Assembly (NCBI GenBank): GCA_965203055.1
Contig: OZ241863.1
Coordinates: 3,648,001-3,712,000, forward strand
Direction: 5' to 3'
Origin: Spirochaetia bacterium
Lineage (GTDB): Bacteria > Spirochaetota > Spirochaetia > SZUA-6 > Bin103
DNA length: 64,000 bases
The position numbers and the translations under genes are program-made. Position 1 is the first letter of the stretch. Each line of letters starts with the position of its first letter. Of this stretch, positions 37,563-50,346 are shown piece by piece. The notes under the pieces were generated by a model. It saw only the letters and a program-made list of their open reading frames with translations, did no database searches and had not been told where the DNA came from.

Positions 37563-38791
37563 GCGGCGCTGGCCTGCAGGAGGTGCTTGAGCTTGTTGCC
37601 GTAGTAGGAGGCAAGATGCGGGTGGTGAACGAAGATTTCCCGGTCGTCGTACTCCAGCGTCATGTAGGACTTGGAGGGAATGATCGGCACGTCCGGAAAG
37701 TTGTAGATCTTCACCGTGCGGGCCAGCATCTCCTCCAGTGACAGACGTTGCCGGCCGGCGGTGTACAGCGGCGAAGTGTCCAGCCCGCAGGTCTCGATCC
37801 GCTCCAGGTTGGCGCTCACCCGCTCCTCCAACTCCGCACGGCTCATGCGGAAGCGATCGTCCAGCGACGCGAACACCAGCGTACTCTCGTACACCCGCAT
37901 CAGCTCGCCCATCCGTTGCCGCACCAGCGCCGCGGTCTCGCGCGCGCGCAGGGAGTGGTTCACCGGGACCCCTTCCCCGAAGCGAATCAGCACCCGCGAG
38001 CGCTGATCGCGGATGCGGCGGGCAAAGGGCATCTTCATGAATGCGTAGTAGTGGTCGTAGACGTACTTGGCGATCTTGCCCTTGCGCGAACGCGCCTGAT
38101 ACTCGCGGAATACGATGTCTTCCGGGATCCGTTCGTAGGAGATGTTGACCGGCACGTACAACGCGTCCTCTATCCGCAACTGGCGCACGGCGGTGCGCAG
38201 TACCAGGAACACGTAGGCCGAAAGCTCGGAGAACTCGCCCGAGTAGGAACGCCCGTACTTCACCTCGCCGGTGGCGCGGTCCGACTCGTAGCCGGGAAAG
38301 ATCATCAGATGCAGCCCCTCGCTCAGCACCATCTTGATCTGATCGAGATACAACTTGTTGTACTGCTGCTTGGTGAGCACGAAGGGCCGGGCGCCGAGCA
38401 GCTTCAGCACCAGGTTGGCCAGCCAGTGCCTGGCGTAGAACGCGCGCCGGTCGCGAATCATCATGAACGCGCCGCACTTGCGCAGGAAGGTGTCCACCGG
38501 ACCGACGTACAGGTTTTCGCCCGCCTGGATGGCGGTGCGGATGTAGCGCTGCGCGAGATAGGTTTGCAGCAGCATCCAGTCGTACTCGCTCTGATGGTTG
38601 GGAATGAAGATCAACTGATGGCCGTCGCGGGCGCGTTCATGCACCAGCTCGAGACCATCCACTTCGACGCTGCTGAAGCAGTTGCCGAACAGGACCACCT
38701 CCACCGTGTTGGCGGTGTTGACCACGTAGCGGTCGCTGCGCCGGTGATGCAGCAACTCGAGGATCTGAGCTGCCGTAAGATCTTGCTTCAT
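37559..38791 (-). CDS. Glycerolipid acyltransferase (PlsB/PlsC family)
   Basis: NHQSEYD (HX4D), AGENL, GAF, IFPG...GRS. Confidence 0.8.
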   Translation of the reverse strand: MKQDLTAAQILELLHHRRSDRYVVNTANTVEVVLFGNCFSSVEVDGLELVHERARDGHQLIFIPNHQSEYDWMLLQTYLAQRYIRTAIQAGENLYVGPVDTFLRKCGAFMMIRDRRAFYARHWLANLVLKLLGARPFVLTKQQYNKLYLDQIKMVLSEGLHLMIFPGYESDRATGEVKYGRSYSGEFSELSAYVFLVLRTAVRQLRIEDALYVPVNISYERIPEDIVFREYQARSRKGKIAKYVYDHYYAFMKMPFARRIRDQRSRVLIRFGEGVPVNHSLRARETAALVRQRMGELMRVYESTLVFASLDDRFRMSRAELEERVSANLERIETCGLDTSPLYTAGRQRLSLEEMLARTVKIYNFPDVPIIPSKSYMTLEYDDREIFVHHPHLASYYGNKLKHLLQASAA

Positions 38792-38814
38792 AGGCAGCGT
38801 AGCCGGCCGCGCCG

Positions 38815-40122
38815 CTACCGGTAGCTGGCGATCAGGTTCTCGAACTGTTCCTGACGCCCGGAGGCGGGGTGCGGCTCGCCGGCTTCCAGCACCCACCGTT
38901 CGAGCTCGCCGAAGCCGACCGCGCCGCGTTCCACCCGGGCGCCGATGCCGGCGTCGAAGCTGGCGTAGCGCGCCTGCCGCCACGCATCCAGCGTGCCGTC
39001 GGCAATGATGCGCTCGGCGATCAGCAGGCCGCGCGCGAACGCGTCGATGCTGCCCACGTGGGCGGCGAACATGTCGCGCAGGTCGGTGGACTCGCGCCGC
39101 AGCTTGGCGTCGAAGTTGAACCCGCCGGGGGCGATGCCGCCCTGCCGCAGCACGATCAGCATCACCGCGCTGGTGGTGGCCAGGTCCAGATTGAACTGAT
39201 CGGTGTCCCAGCCGATCAGCAGGTCGCCGGTGTTGGCGTCGATCGACCCGAGCAGGCCGGCATCGGCTGCGGTCTGCAACTCGTGGGCGAAGGTATGGCC
39301 GGCCAGGGTAGCGTGGTTGCATTCGAGGTTGAGCTTGAACTGATCGAGGCCGTAGCCGCGCAGGAAGCTGAGCACGGCCGCGGCGTCGAAGTCGTACTGA
39401 TGGGTGGTCGGCTCCTTCGGCTTCGGTTCGATCAGCAGGGTGCCGGTGAATCCCAGTTCCCGCCGGTAGTCGGCCGCCATCTGCAGAAAGCGCGCCAGAT
39501 GGTCCTGTTCCCGCTTCATGTCGGTGTTGGCCAGCGTGGCGTAGCCCTCGCGGCCGCCCCAGAACACGTAGTTGGCGCCCCCCAGCCGGTGGGTCACCTC
39601 CAACGCCTTCTTCACCTGCGCCGCGGCGTAGGCAAACACGTGAGCGTCCGGGTTGGTCGCCGCTCCGTTCATGTAGCGCGGGTGGGAGAACAGGTTGGCG
39701 GTGCCCCACAGCAGGCGGATGCCGGTGTCGGCCTGCAGCTTCTCGGCCAGCTCCACCACCCGGTCGAGGTTGCGGTTGGTCTCGGCCAGCGATGCCCCTT
39801 CGGGAGCGACGTCGCGATCGTGGAAGCAGTAGAAGCCGAGCCCCAGCTTGCGGATGAAGGCGAACGCCGCCCGCATGCGGCGCAGGGCGTTGTCCAGCGA
39901 GTCGCTGCCGTCGTCCCAGGGGCGCGCCACGGTGGGCAGTCCGAAGGGGTCCATCCCGGTACCGCGGAAGGTGTGCCAGTAGGCCACCGAGAAGCGGAAG
40001 TGCTCCGCCATGGTCTTGCCCGCGACCACCCGTTCGGGCTCGTAGTAACGATAGCTGAGGGGGTCGCGGGAATCGGGTCCCGCGTAGCGGATCGGATCGA
40101 TGCCGGCGAAGTAGTCTTCCAT
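38815..40122 (-). CDS. xylA: Xylose isomerase
   Basis: [40 protein letters not shown]. Confidence 0.96.
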   Translation of the reverse strand: MEDYFAGIDPIRYAGPDSRDPLSYRYYEPERVVAGKTMAEHFRFSVAYWHTFRGTGMDPFGLPTVARPWDDGSDSLDNALRRMRAAFAFIRKLGLGFYCFHDRDVAPEGASLAETNRNLDRVVELAEKLQADTGIRLLWGTANLFSHPRYMNGAATNPDAHVFAYAAAQVKKALEVTHRLGGANYVFWGGREGYATLANTDMKREQDHLARFLQMAADYRRELGFTGTLLIEPKPKEPTTHQYDFDAAAVLSFLRGYGLDQFKLNLECNHATLAGHTFAHELQTAADAGLLGSIDANTGDLLIGWDTDQFNLDLATTSAVMLIVLRQGGIAPGGFNFDAKLRRESTDLRDMFAAHVGSIDAFARGLLIAERIIADGTLDAWRQARYASFDAGIGARVERGAVGFGELERWVLEAGEPHPASGRQEQFENLIASYR

Positions 40123-40281
40123 GGCGCCGTCCCCGACCTTACGGCGAAGGGCGCCCCGGCGTCAAACCCCGCGCCCCGCCCGCCTGCCCGCCCGCGGCCG
40201 CCGGCGCCCCGACCGCGCAAAAGGCGAGAGGCGGCGCCGGGCTGTTGCCGGAGCGCCCGTACCGGCTACAATCGGCGCGCC

Positions 40282-41322
40282 ATGCCACTGGTACCAATGC
40301 GTGTCCTCCTCGATCATGCCGCCGAAAACGACTACGGACTGGCGGCCTTCAACGTCAACAACATGGAACAGATTCAGGCGATCATGGCCGCGGCCGCTAC
40401 TACCGAGTCGCCGGTCATCATCCAGGCCTCGCGCGGCGCGCGCAGCTATGCCCAGGAAGCGTACCTGCGGCACCTGATCCTGGCGGCGGTGGAGTTGTAT
40501 CCGCAGATTCCGATCGCCATGCACCAGGATCACGGCAACAGCCCGGCCACCTGCCGCGGGGCCATCGACCAGGGGTTCACCTCGGTGATGATGGATGGCT
40601 CGCTGGCCGAGGACGCCAAGACCACCACCGACTACGACTACAACGTGCGCGTCACCCGCGCGGTGGCGGAGATGGCCCATGCCCGCGGGGTCACCGTGGA
40701 AGGGGAGATCGGCGTGCTCGGGTCGCTGGAGACCGGCACCGGCGAGCAGGAGGATGGCCACGGCGCGGCCGGCGCCCTGACTCGCGAGCAACTGTTGACC
40801 GACCCGGACGAAGCGGAGCGGTTCGTGGCCGACACCGGGGTGGACGCCCTGGCGGTGGCGATCGGCACCAGCCACGGCGCCTACAAGTTCTCGCATCAGC
40901 CCGACGGCGAGGTGCTGGCCATGGCCCGCATCGAAGAGATCCACCGGCGCCTGCCCAACACCCATCTGGTGATGCACGGCTCCTCGTCGGTGCCGCAGGA
41001 GCTGCAGGACCTGTTCAACGCCTACGGCGGCGCCATCCGTCAGACCTGGGGGGTACCGGTAGCGGAGATCCAACGCGGCATCCGCCACGGCGTGCGCAAG
41101 ATAAACGTGGACACCGACAACCGGTTGGCGATGACCGGCGCCGTCCGCAAGGTGCTGCACGAGGACGCCGCCGGTTTCGATCCGCGCGACTATCTCAAGG
41201 CAGCCCGCGCCGCGATGCAGGAGGTGTGCGCGGCGCGCATGACCGCCTTCGGCCAAGCCGGCAATGCCGGCCGGGTACCGATCGTGACGCTGGAGCAGAT
41301 GGCCGCGCGCTACGCGTCGTAA
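40282..41322 (+). CDS. fba: Fructose-bisphosphate aldolase class II
   Basis: [38 protein letters not shown]. Confidence 0.95.
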   Translation: MPLVPMRVLLDHAAENDYGLAAFNVNNMEQIQAIMAAAATTESPVIIQASRGARSYAQEAYLRHLILAAVELYPQIPIAMHQDHGNSPATCRGAIDQGFTSVMMDGSLAEDAKTTTDYDYNVRVTRAVAEMAHARGVTVEGEIGVLGSLETGTGEQEDGHGAAGALTREQLLTDPDEAERFVADTGVDALAVAIGTSHGAYKFSHQPDGEVLAMARIEEIHRRLPNTHLVMHGSSSVPQELQDLFNAYGGAIRQTWGVPVAEIQRGIRHGVRKINVDTDNRLAMTGAVRKVLHEDAAGFDPRDYLKAARAAMQEVCAARMTAFGQAGNAGRVPIVTLEQMAARYAS

Positions 41323-41426
41323 GACGCGGCGCCGGCGCGGCGCGTATCGAGGCCGCGGGCGGCGGCCCGCGCATCACCGGCGCCGCTCGGGCTCGACCTG
41401 CGGCGCCCGGCGGTCACCGGCCGCCT

Positions 41427-42836
<1,410 letters not shown>

Positions 42837-42842
42837 CGGCTT

Positions 42843-44198
42843 TCAGCCCTCCAGCGCCAGCAGCAGCGGCTGCTCCAGCGCTTCCACTACCCAGCGCAGG
42901 AAGCGGATGCCGTCGGCGCCGTCGATCAGCCGGTGGTCGTAGGTGAGCGAGAGCGGCAGGCGCAGGCGCGGTACGAACGCGCCGTCCTGCCACACCGGCT
43001 CCCAGGAGGCGCGCGATACGCCAAGAATCGCCGCCTCCGGCGCGTTGATGATGGGCGTGAAGTGGGAGCCTCCGATGCCGCCCAGGTTGGAGATGGTGAA
43101 AGTTCCGCCCTGCATCTCGGCGAGCGTGAGCTTGCGCGCGCGGGCGCGGGCGGAGAGTTCGCCCAGGGCGCGGGCGATGGCGATGATGTTCAGCTGGTCG
43201 GCGTCGCGGATCACGGGCACGAGGAGGCCGCGCTCGGTGTCTACGGCGATGCCGACGTGGTAGTAGCGCTTGTACACCACCTCGGCGCGCGGCAGGTCGA
43301 TGCTGGCGTTGAATTGCGGAAACACCTTCAGCGCGGCGGCGACCACCTTGACCAGAATGGCGGTGACCGTGAGCTTGCCTCCCGCCGCCTCGGCGCGCGC
43401 GCCGTAGTGCTTGCGCAGCCGCTCCAGCTCGGTAACGTCCGCCTTGTCCTGCTGGGTGACCGCCGGCACCGTCTGCCACACCGCGGTGAGGTGCGCGGCA
43501 GAGGCCCGGCGCACCGCGTTCAGCGCGGTCCGCTCGATCGGCCCCCACTGGGCGAAGTCGGGCAGCGGCGGCGCGGCGGGCAGGGCGCCGGCGGGCGGGG
43601 CGCCGGCCGGCGCCTGCAGCAACCGCTTGGCGGTGGCCTTGACGTCGTCAAGGAGAATGCGGCCGCCCGGGCCGGTGCCGGAGACCTCATCGATGTCGAC
43701 GCCGATCTCCCGCGCCAGGCGGCGCACGGCGGGAGTAGCGGGAACCGGACGCGCGCCGGCGGGTTCGCCGGCAGCCGCCGGTGCGGGGGGCGCCGGGCGC
43801 GCGGCAGGTTGAACCGGTTGGAAGGTCGCGCCGGCGTCGCGGCCCGGTGAGGGCGCGGGCGGTGCCGCCGACTCGGCGACGGGAGCGGGCGGCGCAGCCG
43901 GTTTGCCGGAGCCGCCAGCCTCCGGGCCGGCGCCGTTCTCCTGACTGGCAGGGTCCTGACTGGCAGGGTCCAGGCTGGCAATGGTATCGCCCACGTTGAT
44001 GGTGTCGCCCGCCTCGACGTGAATGGCGGTCACCACCCCCGCTTCCGGGGCCGGCACCTCCACCACCGCCTTGTCGGTCTCCAACTCCAGCAGCGGCGCG
44101 TCCTTCGCTACCTGGTCGCCGGGGCTCACCAGCACGGCGGCTACGTCGCCGGCTGCTATGTTTTCACCAAGTTCCGGGAGTTTGACGTCGATAGCCAT
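42843..44198 (-). CDS. aceF: Pyruvate dehydrogenase E2 dihydrolipoyl acetyltransferase
   Basis: Lipoyl ETDKA, E3-binding PAVRRLARE, DHRLIDG. Confidence 0.92.
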   Translation of the reverse strand: MAIDVKLPELGENIAAGDVAAVLVSPGDQVAKDAPLLELETDKAVVEVPAPEAGVVTAIHVEAGDTINVGDTIASLDPASQDPASQENGAGPEAGGSGKPAAPPAPVAESAAPPAPSPGRDAGATFQPVQPAARPAPPAPAAAGEPAGARPVPATPAVRRLAREIGVDIDEVSGTGPGGRILLDDVKATAKRLLQAPAGAPPAGALPAAPPLPDFAQWGPIERTALNAVRRASAAHLTAVWQTVPAVTQQDKADVTELERLRKHYGARAEAAGGKLTVTAILVKVVAAALKVFPQFNASIDLPRAEVVYKRYYHVGIAVDTERGLLVPVIRDADQLNIIAIARALGELSARARARKLTLAEMQGGTFTISNLGGIGGSHFTPIINAPEAAILGVSRASWEPVWQDGAFVPRLRLPLSLTYDHRLIDGADGIRFLRWVVEALEQPLLLALEG

Positions 44199-44393
44199 CG
44201 ATCCTCCGCCCGCGGCACGGCACGGCCTCCGCAAGGAGCGCGCGCCGCGGGCTTGGTCGGCCCGGAAGATACCACCGATCCGCAACGTCTGTCAGCAGGC
44301 AAGAGCAGGCAAGCGCGGCGTCCGGGCCGGGCGTCCGCCGGCCCGGCTGGCGTATCCGCGTCACCACGCCATCCGCACCTCTGGCATCCACGG

Positions 44394-45050
44394 TCAGGAG
44401 ATGGGGGTATCCGCGAACAGTTCGGGCTGATGACGTGAAGATTGCGAATGATTCGCGTAGGTGTCCCAGTCCGGCGCGTAGTTGCGCGCCTGGTCGCCCC
44501 ATGCAAACCATCCGGGTCTGGTACCCCGCGCAAACAGCTCGATGAACGGCCCGGGACTACACGACTCGATGAGGTCAAACTGCTCATCAGGCTTCTTGCT
44601 GTGCTCTCTCTTTTGAGAAATGATCATGTTTTCCTGGCTCCTTCCCGGTGCCAGTGTCCGGCAGTTCCGGCCGCGGATTCCGAACAGGATGAGTTCCGTT
44701 ACGTTGCGAAAATAGAATCCTACTCCGCGTCGATCGGGACCGCCGTCCTTGCGCACCTTGTACCATACCAGGTTGGTCTTATAGGTAAACCCCCACCGTT
44801 TCATGGTGTCCAATCCGTACGGCAGCAGCGCATTCGGGACCCACAGATACAGGTGAGCGCAATCCGTCACGATGTCCGCTACGGGCAGCCTCCCGATACT
44901 CTCGAACGACATGGTAGAGTAGCGCGACAACCGCCGATGCTCGGGAGCGACCTTACCCGTTCGATTTTGAAATTGCCACGGCGGATCAGCCAGAACCGTT
45001 CCGAATCTCCGGTCGCCCACTGCGCTCAGCAAGTGATTGGCGACGTCCAC
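44394..45050 (-). CDS. MT-A70 family adenine methyltransferase
   Basis: LADPPW, LYLWVPN, KREHSKKP, IELFARG; GGAGG RBS before GTG 45050. Confidence 0.88.
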   Translation of the reverse strand: MDVANHLLSAVGDRRFGTVLADPPWQFQNRTGKVAPEHRRLSRYSTMSFESIGRLPVADIVTDCAHLYLWVPNALLPYGLDTMKRWGFTYKTNLVWYKVRKDGGPDRRGVGFYFRNVTELILFGIRGRNCRTLAPGRSQENMIISQKREHSKKPDEQFDLIESCSPGPFIELFARGTRPGWFAWGDQARNYAPDWDTYANHSQSSRHQPELFADTPIS

Positions 45051-45465
45051 TATTCGTCCTCCACGTACAGCCCCTTCGCGATCATACCAAAATGCCTCCC
45101 TGGACAACAACGTGCCAAGCGCGCGCCGCTATAACGCGCGCGCTGCAGCCGCCGGCGGCCGGCGCGCCGCAGATCAAGGATGCTCAGTCAGCCGGGCGCC
45201 GGCGCGGCGCGGTCTCACACAACGGATCTACCTCGTCGGACCGGCCGCCTCAATCAGGAACGCCCAACGGCGCGGAGCAGGCCGCGCCCCGCTAGCCTCC
45301 TGCCATCCGGACGCGCGTAGTTGGCGGAAGACGTTTGGCGCTGCCGAGCGACGTGCTGAGAGGCTGGTTTGTGAAGACAATTCGAGCCTGGTCTGATGGG
45401 CGGCCACCGCATCGGCGTCGATCCGTACTAGGCAGGCCGGTTTCGAACCGCGGCGGCGTTGCGAG

Positions 45466-46365
45466 TTAGCGGGTTGTGATCTGGGTTAGTTCGGTGGCGA
45501 GTTCGTCGTACCAGGTTGCGCTTCGGAAGAACTCGCCGCGTTGCCGCGCTCCGGTACACAGCGCGCGGTAGAGCTGCGGGTCGCCGATCACGCGCCGTAT
45601 CGCGTCCCGAACCGCGGCCGTCGATCGCGGCTCTACCAGCAGGCCGCTCTTGCCGTCCTCGACGACCTCCGGCACGCTGCCCCAGTATGTCGATATGACC
45701 GGTCGCCCGCACTGCAGCGCCTCCAGCACGATGCCGGGATACCCCTCGACGTCCCAGTATGTCGGCAAGACCAGGAGGTCGTGGCGCTCCAGAGCGTCCG
45801 CCACCTCGCCGCGGCGCAGGACTCCGCGATACACCGCCTTGTCCTGCTCGTCGAATACGCTGAGATCGGTGTTCGCCATCGTCGGCCCGTATACGTTCAG
45901 ACAGCAATCACTCGGAAGGTCCCGGCAGGCTTCGACCGCCTCACGAAGCCCCTTCTCCATCCGCAACTGAGAAACGAAGATAAGGCGCCGCGCGGCGCTT
46001 CTCGGGGCCGTGCCTGATCCCCGGGTGTCTCGGGTATTCGGAAACCAGCGGACGGCTTGCCGATTCTGAAATCGCTTCTTGATGGCCTTGGACTGCACGA
46101 GAATCAGTGCGCATCGCATGTACGTCGCGTTCGCCCACCGCCGCTTGGCCACGGAATACCCGTCGTATATCTTCGCGAAGTCACCGCCGATGAACTTCAA
46201 TACGACCGGCCGGCGGAACGCCGCGCATATCAGCCACAACCCCGATCCCAGCCACCACGCACTCTTTGCCGAGATATGCATGATCACGACGTCGCTGTGA
46301 CGGATACGAGTCGCCACCTGCCACATCAACCTGGCGACCGTCACGAAGTTGTGCCAGAGCTGCAC
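45466..46365 (-). CDS. Glycosyltransferase family 4, probably N-terminally truncated
   Basis: EKGL, LVLPTYWDVEGYPGIVLEALQCGRPVI; lacks a recognisable first beta-strand and start context. Confidence 0.75.
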   Translation of the reverse strand: MQLWHNFVTVARLMWQVATRIRHSDVVIMHISAKSAWWLGSGLWLICAAFRRPVVLKFIGGDFAKIYDGYSVAKRRWANATYMRCALILVQSKAIKKRFQNRQAVRWFPNTRDTRGSGTAPRSAARRLIFVSQLRMEKGLREAVEACRDLPSDCCLNVYGPTMANTDLSVFDEQDKAVYRGVLRRGEVADALERHDLLVLPTYWDVEGYPGIVLEALQCGRPVISTYWGSVPEVVEDGKSGLLVEPRSTAAVRDAIRRVIGDPQLYRALCTGARQRGEFFRSATWYDELATELTQITTR

Positions 46366-46665
46366 GTGGCGGGGCGCATGAACCCGCCGCCGGCGGATTC
46401 AAGTCGCTAGGCGATGATTTGGGTGGAAGCAGCATGCATGTGCATGTGACACGCTCCCGGTGCCCGATGGCACCCAAGCGAATAGGCGAACCTGCCCACG
46501 GCGCGGCCCGCCAACCGCGCGGCCGAAGCAAGTGAGCCCAGCCACGGCGCCGCTCAACGGAGGTAGGAAGGATCTGTAGGGCTTGAACGGCGTGCCAGTG
46601 ACACGCTAGGATCGCATCACGGGCATAGGCGGACGCTCGCGCCCGTTGATAGCTTCGCACACCCA

Positions 46666-47574
46666 ATGGAATTTACGGTATTCACCGCCACCTACAATCG
46701 GGCTCATCTGTTGCACCGCGTCTACGACAGTCTGATGGCACAGACGTTTCGCGACTTCGAGTGGTTGGTAGTCGATGACGGATCAACCGACGGGACCAGC
46801 GCTCTGATAGAAGCATGGCGCGACGAGGCCGATTTTTCGATACGCTATTGCCATCAGAAGAATCAGGGTAAGCACGTTGCGTACAATTACGCCGTGCCAC
46901 GCGCCCGAGGCAGATTCTTTCTCACGCTCGACTCGGACGACGCCTGCATACCGCATGCGTTGGAGAGGCTCAAGCACTATTGGGACGCGATACCCGACCG
47001 GGAAAAACCAAGGTTTCCGCGGTTACCGTCTTGTGCATGGACGAGGGGGGGGCGTATTGTCGGTGACCACTTTCCGTATCTCATTACCGATTCCGATTCG
47101 CTCGAAATGCAATACCGATTCAAGGTCCGCGGAGAGAAATGGGGATTTCAACGTACGGAAGTCATGCGGGACTATCCGTTCCCCGTCCCTGATCGGAAGC
47201 TGTCCCACGTCCCCGAATCGATAGTGTGGAATCGTATAGCCCGCAAGTATAAAACCCGTTTCGTAAACGATAGCTTGCGTATCTATCATACGGAGTCAGA
47301 CAGCATAACCGCTGTGGCCGAAGTTGGAAGGAATGCATACTCGTACATGCTCGGCAATCGAATAAAGTTGAACGAGCATGTCGATTATCTTCGATACGCG
47401 CCGATTGCTTTTCTGAAATCGGCCGCCAACTACGTTCGCTTTTCGCTGCATGTCCGTAAGAACCCCGCCGAGATTGTGGCTTCGCTGGAAAATCAACGGG
47501 CGAAGTTGCTGTGTCTGGCCGCTTTCCCGCTTGGCTGCGGCGTATACTTGCGCGACATTAGGCGTGGCGGATGA
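46666..47574 (+). CDS. Glycosyltransferase family 2
   Basis: FTATYNRA, VDDGSTDG, NQGKH, LDSDD. Confidence 0.88.
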   Translation: MEFTVFTATYNRAHLLHRVYDSLMAQTFRDFEWLVVDDGSTDGTSALIEAWRDEADFSIRYCHQKNQGKHVAYNYAVPRARGRFFLTLDSDDACIPHALERLKHYWDAIPDREKPRFPRLPSCAWTRGGRIVGDHFPYLITDSDSLEMQYRFKVRGEKWGFQRTEVMRDYPFPVPDRKLSHVPESIVWNRIARKYKTRFVNDSLRIYHTESDSITAVAEVGRNAYSYMLGNRIKLNEHVDYLRYAPIAFLKSAANYVRFSLHVRKNPAEIVASLENQRAKLLCLAAFPLGCGVYLRDIRRGG

Positions 47575-47629
47575 GATGGCCGACACTTCAGCAAGGCATA
47601 AGGGCGTGACTTGGTAAGCAGTATGGCAT

Positions 47630-48457
47630 CTAAAGTGACGTCTGGACGCTATCGCTGCGTACAAAAACGAATTGATGATTTCCGGTTCCATCGCTAGGTG
47701 TTACAGTCGATGCGATGAATCTTCTTTCGCTAAAGAAATCGACGACTTCTTTCCACTTGGCATACTCATACGGATAGCCGCCGATCCAATCCAGTAAGTC
47801 GGTCACTACATGCATCCCTCGTTCTCGCTTGTACGCGGCGAACAAGTTGGTCCGTCGCCGAATGGACGAAATTGCCATTCTACCAATACGATATGGCACG
47901 TATACCATGGATGTGACAACTTTCGTGGCAACGTTGAAATTGTAAAACCTCTTTACGCCGTGCCATACCTGCGATCTCAATCCGCAGTCATTGTAGATCG
48001 CGAGACACAAGGTCCCTCCGTTCTTCGTCAAGCTCGTTACGTTGTCCATTGCAGTCCACATATCGCCGGTATGATGTAAAACACCCCATGCGTATACAAT
48101 GTCGTAGGTGTTCAACGATGTCAAAAACTCCTTGTCCAGCACCGAGCCCTGTAGAACGGTCCAGTCAGAATCGTCCGGGTAATACCGGGCCTTGAGCTCC
48201 TTGGCGCATGAAACCGAGTCCGGGTCGTAGTCGAAGGAGACCACTTTGCAACCGGCTGAGCGAGCGCACAATGAAAAGAGGCCACTGCCGCAGCCGACGT
48301 CAAGAAAGCGCTTGCCTTCGATGGTCTTGGCAGTGACGGTGCCATCGGCGCCGGAGATCATGGTAAGCAATGATTCCCTGGCAATCTCGATGTCCGCATC
48401 GGACAGGGTGGACAAGTACTTCTTCCAGTTTCTTCCGAATCCGAACCGTGACTTCAT
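47630..48457 (-). CDS. Class I SAM-dependent methyltransferase (UbiG-like, glycan-locus type)
   Basis: RFGFGRNW, FLDVGCGSGLFSL, WGVLHHTG, DWIGGYPYE. Confidence 0.85.
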   Translation of the reverse strand: MKSRFGFGRNWKKYLSTLSDADIEIARESLLTMISGADGTVTAKTIEGKRFLDVGCGSGLFSLCARSAGCKVVSFDYDPDSVSCAKELKARYYPDDSDWTVLQGSVLDKEFLTSLNTYDIVYAWGVLHHTGDMWTAMDNVTSLTKNGGTLCLAIYNDCGLRSQVWHGVKRFYNFNVATKVVTSMVYVPYRIGRMAISSIRRRTNLFAAYKRERGMHVVTDLLDWIGGYPYEYAKWKEVVDFFSERRFIASTVTPSDGTGNHQFVFVRSDSVQTSL

Positions 48458-48583
48458 TCTCTGCCGGCTAACGTAGCCGTGATGGCAGCTTAAGGGCATC
48501 CGCTATCGTTGATCTACCCCTTCCCCGCTCGCTCCGCCAACCGCCGGCGGCAACGGGCGCGAGGATACGGAGCATTGCCGTTA

Positions 48584-49212
<629 letters not shown>

Positions 49213-49310
49213 GCCGCTCCCGAACTTGACCCGCATTCAGCGCGTCCCTGCGCTGCGGCCGAACGGTTGTCATCATCCGCTCGATGCGGTCTGATAGTCA
49301 TACGCGCGTA

Positions 49311-50234
49311 ATGACGCTGGAGGCGTTGCATACTACGCTGACCGGACTCAAGGTCTGGAAACGCGGCGGCCAACGCGCGCCCCACAAGCCATTGCTGCTA
49401 CTGCTGGCAATGGGAAGGGCGGTGCGCGGCGAGTCCCGTCTTGCTCCGTTCAGCGAACTGGAGAAGACCCTGACCGGCCTGTTGCGGCACTTCGGACCGC
49501 CGCGTCAAGCGCATCACCCGGAATTTCCCTTCGGCCGGCTGGTCAAGGACGGCCTGTGGGAGATTCCCGGCGCCGCTTCGCTGCGCCGCACCAGGAGCGG
49601 CGACTTGTACCGATCGGAGCTGATCGCGCATGGCATTACCGGCGGCCTGCCGGAGCCGTTGTACCGATTGCTGGCGGCCGATCCCCAAGGCGCCCAGCGA
49701 ACCGCGCGCCGTATCTTGCATGGGCATTTTCCCGTCTCGATGCATAAGCATCTCCTGGAAGCCGTCGGGTTGTGGGATGCCGCCGGTGTTGAACACGAAC
49801 TCGTGCGCACCGATCGCGACCCCCACTTTCGCATCGCGGTATTGACCGCGTACGAGCGCCGTTGCGCCATCTGCGATTTCGATCTCCGCCTCGAGGACGA
49901 TCTGCTAGGGCTCGAAGCGGCGCATATCCGGTGGCATTCTCACGGCGGCCCCGATCGAGTGACGAACGGACTGGCGCTGTGCACCTTCCACCACGGCGCC
50001 TTCGATCGGGGCGCGATCGGCTTGGAGAGGAGCGCCAACGCCGCCGGCTACCGCGTGGTGGTATCGCAGTACGTGCACGGTACGAGTGCGGCGGTGCGCT
50101 GGCTTCTGGACTACCACGGCCGCGTGCTGCGCCCTCCCCAGGTACGGGCCGGTGAACCTGACCCGGCGCACGTAGCGTGGCACGGCAAGCAGGTGTTCCG
50201 AGCGCCGCCGCGGGAACTCCAAAGCCAAACGTGA
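49311..50234 (+). CDS. Type IV restriction endonuclease, sulfur-binding domain + HNH (phosphorothioate-DNA-targeting family)
   Basis: RAPHKPLLLL, PEFPFGRL..DGLWE, CAIC, LEAAHIRW, NGLALCTFHH..FDRG. Confidence 0.82.
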   Translation: MTLEALHTTLTGLKVWKRGGQRAPHKPLLLLLAMGRAVRGESRLAPFSELEKTLTGLLRHFGPPRQAHHPEFPFGRLVKDGLWEIPGAASLRRTRSGDLYRSELIAHGITGGLPEPLYRLLAADPQGAQRTARRILHGHFPVSMHKHLLEAVGLWDAAGVEHELVRTDRDPHFRIAVLTAYERRCAICDFDLRLEDDLLGLEAAHIRWHSHGGPDRVTNGLALCTFHHGAFDRGAIGLERSANAAGYRVVVSQYVHGTSAAVRWLLDYHGRVLRPPQVRAGEPDPAHVAWHGKQVFRAPPRELQSQT

Positions 50235-50346
50235 CGCAGCCCGAACCGTTCAGGTGAGGGAGGAGCGGATTTCGGCGGCGAAGGCGGCCAGCTCGTCCCG
50301 CCGCGGGCGCTCACCGGGAGCGCCGTGCGGCGGAATCTCGTTCAAG

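Noticed and set aside
43940..43969. 15-bp tandem repeat CCTGACTGGCAGGGT x2
   Set aside because: In-frame DPASQ duplication in the flexible AceF linker; not CRISPR or regulatory.
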